This document shows positions 1-9,700 of a DNA stretch of 64,000 bases, in pieces. Origin of the DNA: Promethearchaeota archaeon (GTDB lineage: Archaea; Asgardarchaeota; Lokiarchaeia; Sigyniarchaeales; SOKP01); NCBI GenBank assembly GCA_048938855.1, contig JBHLLT010000002.1, positions 396,780 through 460,779 of the forward strand. The letters are read 5' to 3'. How positions within the stretch are numbered: the stretch's first letter is position 1; each line of letters opens with the position of its first letter. Both the position numbers and the translations under genes were made by a program. The notes beneath the pieces were generated by a model that was not told where the DNA came from, ran no database searches, and saw only the letters and a list, made by a program, of their open reading frames with translations.

Positions 1-31
1 TTAAATTTTTAACTTCTAAAATAACTCCCAT
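1..31 (-). CDS. N-terminus of a branched-chain amino acid-type ABC ATPase (partial, runs off the window)
   Basis: ATG at 31 reads MGVILEVKNL, a typical ABC ATPase start, directly downstream of the LivM-like gene. Confidence 0.7.
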   Translation of the reverse strand, partial: MGVILEVKNL

Positions 32-67
32 TCTTTAACTCATCTTATGTTAAATTTTTATAAAATC

Positions 68-1090
68 TTATCTACCTAGCAATACATCCCATAAATCTTT
101 CAAACGCTCCAATATAGGCTTTAATATACCATGTTCAGCAAACCTGACAACGATAATTAATATTAATGCAAAAATTAAAAATACATAATTTTCAAAACCA
201 ATTTGTATAAGAGAATATTCAAGAAAAATGAAGAAAAAAGCCCCCAATGCTGATCCAGAAATTGATGTTAACCCCCCTAAAGATGCCATCAAAATAGCAA
301 AAAATGAAATAGTAGAACCAAAGTTTCCAGTAGGATTTACCGCTCCAACATATAAAGCGTAAAAAGAACCTGCAATTCCAGCGAATAAAGCACTTAACAT
401 GAAAGCATAAACTTTATATCTAGTTGTATTGACTCCCGAAGCATCTGCTCCTGTCTCATCATCTCGAATAGCTTTTAAGATAGTTCCAAATTTAGATTTA
501 GCGATTTGGAAAATTATAATAAAAATTGCTACCATTGAAATTAAAATAATAAAATATTCAATAATTGGATTTGGACCTATACTGGGAAGTCCAGAAATTC
601 CCTCTGAACCAAAAAAAATATACGATAACGATCCCATCAAAAACAATTTTAGTAGAATTAAGCTGAATGCAAGTGTTCCTAAAGCTAAATAAGGACCTTT
701 TAAACGCAAACAGGGAATTCCAATGATTAATCCAAAAAAGACAGCTCCTATGGGGCCAATAATAACTGCTGCCCAAATAGGAAAATACCGGTAACTAATT
801 AGATAAGCACAAATATAACCTGCAATTCCAAAAAAAATAGAATGACCAAAACTAATTTGACCAGATATTCCAGTTAATAGATCCCAACTTGCAGCAAAAA
901 TTGAATAAATCATTGCTAAAGTAAATTGTCGTAAAAAAACATACAAAAAATTCTGATTTGGAGAAAAAAAGGGAAGCATAATAAGAGCAATTAAAGTAAA
1001 AAGAGTTAACCCCCCAGTAAATGTTTTAGCCCAAGATTTTAAATAATGTGGTACTTCTGAAACTTTATTCTTAATATTTTTTTTAGTCAA
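68..1090 (-). CDS. livM: Branched-chain amino acid ABC permease (LivM-type)
   Basis: GQISFGHS, LRLKGPYLALGTL and AIRDDETGADASGVN motifs; hydrophobic; operon context. Confidence 0.9.
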   Translation of the reverse strand: MTKKNIKNKVSEVPHYLKSWAKTFTGGLTLFTLIALIMLPFFSPNQNFLYVFLRQFTLAMIYSIFAASWDLLTGISGQISFGHSIFFGIAGYICAYLISYRYFPIWAAVIIGPIGAVFFGLIIGIPCLRLKGPYLALGTLAFSLILLKLFLMGSLSYIFFGSEGISGLPSIGPNPIIEYFIILISMVAIFIIIFQIAKSKFGTILKAIRDDETGADASGVNTTRYKVYAFMLSALFAGIAGSFYALYVGAVNPTGNFGSTISFFAILMASLGGLTSISGSALGAFFFIFLEYSLIQIGFENYVFLIFALILIIVVRFAEHGILKPILERLKDLWDVLLGR

Positions 1091-1094
1091 TATA

Positions 1095-1982
1095 TTATCT
1101 CACCTCTTTTTTTCCAAATAATCCTTGTGGTCTTATTAAAAGCACGATTACAATAACAATTATAGGTACTAAATGAGCCCAAGAAGGTCCATTGGGTATA
1201 AAAACTGATGTAAAACTAGTAATATATCCAACAATAAAAGATCCAATAATACTTCCAATAAGACTTCCCATTCCACCAAGAATAACTACTGCAAATGAGC
1301 TCGTTAAATATTCCCATCCCATATGCGGACCGTTTATAGAAGCTCCTGGTAAATAAAGGAATGCTCCAATTCCAGCAAGGAATGCAGAGATCATTACAGT
1401 ATATAAAAGTATCCTATTTGCATTTATGCCCATAAGTGTTGCAGCTTCACGATCTTGCGAAACAGCACGAATCGATTTACCTATTTTTGTCTTATTAATA
1501 AATAATGCGAAGGTTAATACTATAATCAAAGAAATAATAATAAGTAATATGTATTGATTTATCATCGTATATCCTAAAACATCCACTGAACCTGGTATTA
1601 ATCTTAATTGTGGAAGTGACCAAGATTCTGTACCTGAAATTATTAAAACTAATTGTTCTATGAAGAAAGCTAGAGCAAAAGTAATTAGAACAACTCCTAC
1701 ACTAGTATCTTGAAGTGGTTTAATTAATAATAAATAAGTTAACCCTCCAATGATTGTTATGACCACTAGTGCTATAACAACTATAAGCCAATTAAGCCCT
1801 GCAAGTATTGGCCACGATAACATCCATAAAAGAAGATATCCCGTTAACATAAAATAAGCACCATGAGCTAAATTCATAATGCCACCTACTCCATAAACCA
1901 AGGAATATCCTAAAGAAATTAATGCAAGAACAGCGCCCTGTAAGGCACCATTAAATAACATATTAATTATATCGCTAATCAT
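1095..1982 (-). CDS. livH: Branched-chain amino acid ABC permease (LivH-type)
   Basis: GIMNLAHG, GKSIRAVSQDREAATLMGIN, VILGGMGS and RPQGLFG motifs. Confidence 0.92.
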   Translation of the reverse strand: MISDIINMLFNGALQGAVLALISLGYSLVYGVGGIMNLAHGAYFMLTGYLLLWMLSWPILAGLNWLIVVIALVVITIIGGLTYLLLIKPLQDTSVGVVLITFALAFFIEQLVLIISGTESWSLPQLRLIPGSVDVLGYTMINQYILLIIISLIIVLTFALFINKTKIGKSIRAVSQDREAATLMGINANRILLYTVMISAFLAGIGAFLYLPGASINGPHMGWEYLTSSFAVVILGGMGSLIGSIIGSFIVGYITSFTSVFIPNGPSWAHLVPIIVIVIVLLIRPQGLFGKKEVR

Positions 1983-2139
1983 AATAATTAACTCTGAAAA
2001 TAATTACAACAGACTCTTATATTTATTGTTCAATCTCATCTTTTATAAAACTAATCTTTATTCCATTTTTAGACAAATATATACAATTCATTGATTTTAT
2101 ATAATAAAAAAAAGAAATTAATTAAATTTTTAAATTATT

Positions 2140-3570
2140 TTATGGGGTACTCCAAGCGGTATGAACCCATGGTGGTACTTGATATGTACCTAACGGAGTA
2201 ATCCTATCATTTGGATATTCATTACCGTAAGCAGGCACAACCACCTTAGTACTATTTGCTTGCCATTGAGTCCACAACGTATATGAAAATGGATATCCTT
2301 CAACTAGATCATGAGTGTCAGGCCACCATGCACCTCCTCCACTTACTCCTGGATGGGGGTTGGATCTTGTCCAAGTTTCCATTTCTGCTATAAGATCAAG
2401 AGCATCTAGTGAATCTTGTGCGACTGCTGCATCTATAATCCCCATTACAGCATCATATGCACCACATGCTATATAAAGTGGTTCATGTCCGAATTCTGCC
2501 TTAAAAGCATTCCAAAATGTGATAGTAGTAGCACTTTTGTTAACTGCATATGCTGTTTGCATTAACGTCTCATATATGCAATCACCACCGCTTTGTGTCC
2601 AAAATGTATCTAATTGAGATTGTACATCTATTCCTATTATAACATAGTTTGGGTGTAAACTTGCATATTGTTGCATCATCATAATACCTCCTTGAGCAGA
2701 AATAACTGGGATCAAAATATCAACACCTTGATTACTCATTGTTTGTAAATGAGTATTCATATCTGCTGCACTTAACGTCACATCATATCTAATCACTGCT
2801 GCTGGAGGAACTGATATTTTACCACCGGAGTAATAGGGTAATGCAACTGGCATGTTAGTTGTCATACCTTCACTCCAAGTCAAATCTTCAGCAAGAATAC
2901 CAATAGTATCAATCTCTTCACCGCCATAGTACCCTGCATATGTTCCATTTAAAACAGCTTGATAAGTAAGAAGAAATGCGACGATTTCACTCCCTAATGC
3001 GGATGTGTTTATTGGCATAAATCTCCAGAAATATTTATATCGATCATAATAGTTTTTAACATTTAAACAGAATATATCTGTAGCTGCTCCTGTATCAATA
3101 AACAAAATCTTATTATCCATAAATACTTCTTGGTATGCTAGTAATGCTTCAGATCTAAATCCACCAAGTGCAAAATCAACATTTTTTTTATAAACTAACC
3201 TTTCTGCTGCAGCTATTCCCCTTGAGGTCACTAAATTTGGATTAGATTCATCAGTATCTTCTCTTGTTACCCCAATATAATAGGTGGTACTGTTAATAAC
3301 AACTCCTCCTCCTTGATTTATAGTTTTTGCTGCGAACCATGCTCCTTCATAATTAGCATCTCCTTGTATCTCCCCCGTATCACCAGCGCAACCAATTTTA
3401 ATAATTTGATCGGCACTCAATCCTGCTGGCGCACCGGGGCAATCAGCAGAGCTCCATTGATATTCACCAGCTCCTGGTGCTAAAAGAAAAAACCAAGCCC
3501 CAACGCCTATCCCAGTACCAATAACAGCGATAAGTACAATAGCTAGAATTCTTTTTGCCATTTGTTCCAT
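2140..3570 (-). CDS. Liv-type ABC substrate-binding protein with N-terminal membrane anchor
   Basis: N-terminal TM; IKIG...G, GGFRSE and YDAV features of periplasmic binding protein type 1; heads the livHM operon. Confidence 0.85.
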   Translation of the reverse strand: MEQMAKRILAIVLIAVIGTGIGVGAWFFLLAPGAGEYQWSSADCPGAPAGLSADQIIKIGCAGDTGEIQGDANYEGAWFAAKTINQGGGVVINSTTYYIGVTREDTDESNPNLVTSRGIAAAERLVYKKNVDFALGGFRSEALLAYQEVFMDNKILFIDTGAATDIFCLNVKNYYDRYKYFWRFMPINTSALGSEIVAFLLTYQAVLNGTYAGYYGGEEIDTIGILAEDLTWSEGMTTNMPVALPYYSGGKISVPPAAVIRYDVTLSAADMNTHLQTMSNQGVDILIPVISAQGGIMMMQQYASLHPNYVIIGIDVQSQLDTFWTQSGGDCIYETLMQTAYAVNKSATTITFWNAFKAEFGHEPLYIACGAYDAVMGIIDAAVAQDSLDALDLIAEMETWTRSNPHPGVSGGGAWWPDTHDLVEGYPFSYTLWTQWQANSTKVVVPAYGNEYPNDRITPLGTYQVPPWVHTAWSTP

Positions 3571-3766
3571 TTATTAGATCACTTCTTTAAAAAATTTTAA
3601 TATATCATGTATGTTTATTTTTAGATTAACAAATATTAGTTCATTTTAACATATATTTAAAGTTTTCAACTTTTCATATTTGAAATCGGCTGATGTCAAC
3701 AAAAATGTTTTAAAAAATAAAAAAAAAGATGTAAAATCTTGGACTTTTTGTAAAATCTTAGGCCTT

Positions 3767-6700
3767 TTATAGAACAATGTTCACAAAAATTTGAATTCCC
3801 ACGATAATCCCTACAACTATAACCAGTACTATGAATATTATAAGCGTGTAAAATCTCCACTTAATTGAGATATTTTCACTTCGTTCCTTAAATCTTATAT
3901 AGGGCAATAATATCACCCCTATAATCCAAATAGATATCCAAAAAGTAAATACATACCAAACAGGCGTTATAATCGCAAATAAAAGTACAATGATGCTTCC
4001 CCAACTAATTATTAACCGAATAATACGACGTCTGAACCTTACATCAACATCATCAGTTTTTTTGGAGGGTAGAATAGCGTACATCATACCAAATATCGGA
4101 AAAATTAAAAGGATTGAATGTGTCCACCCTAAAAGATTTCCTACTGCTGGTGATATAGAGATACCGATTAAACTGGATATGAATACACTAAAAATTATCC
4201 AAAGAGTTTTATAATTTACTTTAATAAAATGGAAAATTTTAATAAACATATTCTTGATTGCTAACTGTATAGCTTTGAAGAATTTTGAGAGATACTCTAC
4301 AATATTATTAATAAATCTTTTTAATTCCTCTAAAAGAAAGATAAATGGATAAAGTATAATACCAAAAATAATAAAAGTTATGCCTAAACCTAAGGATGAA
4401 GCACGATATACTATTATACACAATAATGTGAATATCACTAACCAAAATATAAATGCCTTGGATACGAATTTTGAATGCTTTTTAAATGGTCTTACCTGGA
4501 TTGTTAAAAATATAACAAAAATAAGTAGACTGCTACTTATGTTTAAAGCTAAATCAAAATTTGGAACTCCTAAAAAACCTAAAAACAAATCAACTGACAG
4601 TAATGCCCCAATTACTAGAAATGAGATAGATCTCAAAGATTTACGTAATTTCTCATTAACAATTTTATCTATAAGAGTTATTACAAACAATATAGATAAC
4701 GATGCTAAGAATAAATTAAGGTTAGCAAAATGATTTGAACCAAGGAAATACAGGGGCCATGTAATAAAATTCAGATATGATATTATTATTAAACCTGACT
4801 TGATTTTCTTTTTATACGTAGCAACAACCTTCCAAAAACTCAATAATTTAAATAGATACGCGAACTCAAGAATTTGAATTATTACTATAATAGGAATTAC
4901 TGTAAAAAAGAAACCACTAAAAAGTGTACTGTAAATCCAGATTAAGTATGTTGATGTAAAGATCATTATCATAATCCAAGAGAAGGATTTGACATAATCA
5001 GTTAGTTTTCCTAAGAATTTGAATAAAACACTATCTATTATCATTAAGATGTGAATTATAATACTCAAAATCAATAATATCAATTGTAAATTCAAGCCTA
5101 CCAATATTAATGGTTGTACTATAGAAAAACACAATGTAGCATAGAAGCCAATACCTAAAAGCCGGTGGATGTATTTTTGAGCCTTATCATAAGCTTCTTT
5201 TTTAACAGGGGAAGAGAGTTTTAACACTTTAAAGAAAGAATAATTTGTATAAAATTGCATTATCAAAAAGAAGAAGATTTCTAGACTAAGCAAGAAAAGA
5301 AATTGAGATACAAAGCTGTGTAAAAAGAGAAATAGATTTAACGATAATGCAAAATAACTAATTGTATGAACTAAACCCGCATAAATTATCTTTACTTTCT
5401 TTATAGAATAAATGTCTAATAGTGTTAAGACAAATAATATTGATAATGCCACCAATATACTTTCATAAACTCCTAAAAATGCACTTACTAAACCGTATAC
5501 CATAATACTTATTTCAAAATATAATATCAAAACCATAAATGAATGTATCTTTGATGAAAAGTCCGGATATTTTTGTTTTCCCCATATAATATCATAATAT
5601 TTTATAGATACAAATGAAAGGCATATTTCTATAAAAATAATTAAATTAATAGAAATGAAGTTCAAAGAACCAAACAGTATGAATATATATGCCAAATTTA
5701 CTGCAATTAATCCTTGAAATACGATAAAAAGAATAAATTCGACTCTGTACTTTATATTTTTTTCGATTCTAACGAATAATAGACTGAAGAAATATAAAAA
5801 AAGAGAGGAATTCTGAAATAATAAAGATAAGTATCCAAATCCCCTTAATTGGTCAAAAATAAGTACAAGTCCATTAGATATTAAAGATGCTATAAAAAAT
5901 GAACTCCAGATGAAGGAATTATAAATAAGTAATATCCTGAGCTTTGAAATTGTCTCTTTTGAAATCTTTAAGCGAGACATGAAATGAAGTGTAAGTAGAT
6001 TTAGAACTGAAAATGTTAAAACTAAGAGAAAAGGGTTCAAATGAAATAAATATATAAATAAAGAAAATGTATTACAGAAAATAAACCAACTCCATAGTGT
6101 AAATCTGTTTCGGGTTGAATCTATTAAAAATTTAAAAATACTCTTATCCATGAAAGCGACTTCAATAAATAGCATAATAGTTGACGATAATAGAACCAAA
6201 TAGATTATAATTACTAAATTAAGATTGATAAAAACAAGATATAGGAAGATATTCATTCCGACGGCTATAGTAATAAAAAGATATAAAACACAGCTTAAGA
6301 TGCTAAAATTACGTAATAAACCTTTTAATTTTATATCCAGCTCTGACTTTATTATATATTTCATACAAATTAGGAATAAAAATGGCCATATGAATAGAAA
6401 ATCAAAAATTTGATAAATAATTATGATATCCGTAAATATTATTGACATAAATAGATTTGGTAAAATAATCGTGAGAAATAATGATATACATACTGAGTTT
6501 GTTAAGAAACATGTAAAATTAAGCCATTTTAATTGAGTTTTATCTTTGTAAATCTTAAATATACTATTTTTTATTTCTTCCGTATCATCTTCTACAGACC
6601 GCTTGAAAAGATTAATTAAAATCTGAAAGGTAATAAGGTAAAGCATCGGCCATGATAAAAATGCAAAAATCCAATTAGAATAAATTAAATCAAGTGTCAA

Positions 6701-9700
6701 TAACCATTCAATAATAGGAGAAATTATAGGTATTGGAATGACAAACCAAAGAATATATCGATATTCAACAAATATTTTGTAGAGAAAAATAATGAACACA
6801 GCAGAAAAGACAGTTATTAATATTCCAATTGGAGCATGAAATAAAATTGAGCTGAGAGAAGTTATTGATAAGGATGACCCAAGTGCTACAGCTAAATAGG
6901 GATATATTTTATTAAGACGTAATCTCATCTTATAACGGTTAAATATAAAATAGGAGCATCCAAATACAGTAAGTCCTAATGATAACGCTAAAATTATAAA
7001 TCCTAGAAAGAAATAAAAAGTGTTGAATGTCAGCCATGAGAAATTTATAATCAATATCCAAGAAAGGCATAAATCTATTATTCTTTTTGGCAACTTCAAG
7101 TATTTAGAAGAAAAGAGCGTAACCCCAAATACCAATAGACTTAAGTTTACTGCAAAAATTATATGATGAATTACAGCATAGAGAATAAAATAGATTGTTA
7201 AGAAAATTCCTAATAAGGATATGCTATATGCTGTTATCAAGACCAAGCCAATAGATCTAATATTTGGGAAGAAGGAGTATACTATTAAAAATATTCCAAT
7301 AACTAAAATATCAAGAGAAATCGTAATTTCTAAGGGGAGACCAATCGAAGTTAAATAAAACAATAAAAATGAAACATTCATAAATGTCATTGGAAATAAC
7401 CAAAAGATTGAAACTATTTTCCAAAATTTAAATAACATTAATAAAGGCATCAAAAGAGTGGCTGAAAACATAATAAAAAACAAATTTCTTAGAACAAGAT
7501 CCGCTACAAATAAATTCTGACTAAACCAATAAAGTAAAAATAAACTTTCACCCCAAATTGTAAAAACAATTATAGAAAAGTATTTCTTAATTTTACTATA
7601 CACCACTGGTATGAAAAATAAAGAGCAAATTATGAGAGATAAAAAGAAAGAACCCCCAAATTCAAGAGTTCCAATACTCCATAGTTCTGTGGTAAAGATA
7701 TCTATTCCTGTTAAACTTTGGTAGATTATATACCAATTTATTATAGGTAGAATGTTCCACATGTACCACCCTGATTTCCAAATCGCCCAAGATACTTTCC
7801 ATTGGTAAATTCCAATAGATAGATAAAATAGAAAGACGCCAAAATTAATAGAAACTATTAAGGGAACTATAGACAATAGCGGCATTGATAGAGCTGCAAT
7901 TATTAGAAAATATATAAATGTTGGAAAAGAAATAACAATTGAGATTAATACAATATAAAATGATTTCTTTCTAAATCTTGCAGGAGCGTTATTATATAAA
8001 AGAACAAACGCAAATCCTGTCATACTCAAAGTTAATGTAAACGTTAAAATTGGGTTGAATTCACTAAATATAGGGCCACTAAATAGCACAAAATACGACA
8101 TAAAGCTGATGAAATCAAATACAAATAGAATTACACATGGATTTATAAACCATTTATAGCGTTCATCCTCTTTACGATAAAATGAGATTCCCAAAAATAG
8201 CAAAAACAAGAAAAGAGATATTGTTATGTTATAAAGAAGTAAAATATTTGTAAATAAGCTTAGATAGATAAAAGATAGGGTTGAGATGAGAAAATATAAT
8301 GAAAATTTTTCAAAAGTATTATTTCTTTTTATATTTAATAATATCGAGAAAAATAAAACTCCACTTAGGGATAGAGGATAATTTATAGCAAATAAACCTA
8401 TTAGATCAATATTATAAGCAGTTATAACCTCATAAAAGGTTAAAACAACAAGAACATCAACAATAATAACATAACTCAATAAGAAATAAGTTATAAACCT
8501 ATAAATGGGAAAAATATTTCTTTTAGTAAGAATAAATATGGCTACTATTACAATAAGAATTGGTGAGAAAAATAAACCAAAATAAAGAAGGCTTGTTGAC
8601 AATATGATTGATAAAATATAAAAACCAAACAATCTTAAATTAGCTTCTTCTTCGACTATTTTATTAAATTTTGAAAAGAAATAAAATATAATCAAGATCG
8701 GAGTAATTATAAGAGTGGATATATGAAGACTAGGGTTAAAAGAGAAAATAGGGATTTGAGGTGTCAAATTAAAAAGAATTTCAAGGTATATGCTCAATAA
8801 TGATATCATAAATACTATTACTGTTACTTTTTTCAATGCTAGTTGATTTTTAACTGAGATATATTTCAAATTCTTTAAAACATAAAGACTAAGAGGAGTA
8901 AAGAAGGCAAACGTTAAACAAAATAATGTAATTACGTTCAAAATAAAGAATTGATATATAAAATAATTGAGTATCGAAGTTAACAAAATGCAAATTACAC
9001 TCTTAACCATTAGCCATGTACATAACTGAATAATTGTCTTAAGTTGTGTAAATCTCATTTCACTTAGACTATTCAAGAAAATAAGTGATAAAAGAATAAT
9101 GATGAAAAAAAATCCAATCCAAGTTGATCCACTAATTAAAACTGGTAACGTGTTCAGAAAAGTAAAAAGATTAAGAGAGATGATTAAAAATGTAAAAATA
9201 GAGGATATTGAGATAATTAAACCATAAATTGGTATATCTATAAATTTACTTAAATTTGGTAATTTAGTAATTACTTTTGAGGCGAAACTTATCGTATATA
9301 TACTTAGAGTAAAAAAGACAAAAAAACAGCAGCTCAATATTAAATAAGTAAATGGAGTCAATTCAATCGTAGTGATAAAGATTGAAGCAATATAATAAGA
9401 TACAAATAATGTGAAAGAAAACCAAGTGATTAATCCCACTGTTTTGAAACTCTTGATGTAAATACTTTTTAATTTAATTTTTGTACTAATAAATTCAGAA
9501 ACCCTCAAAAAACAAAATAGTAAAAATAATGTTATTGTAATTATTAGGATATAATTTGGTAATAATCCAATTCTTACTAGCTCTAATCCAATTATTGTAG
9601 GTATAGAGATAATTAAGGCAGATAGAGCAAGAAAGTTATAGATTGTTAACTTTTTAATTAAATCTAAGTTGAAATATTCTCTTTTATAAGAATAATAGAA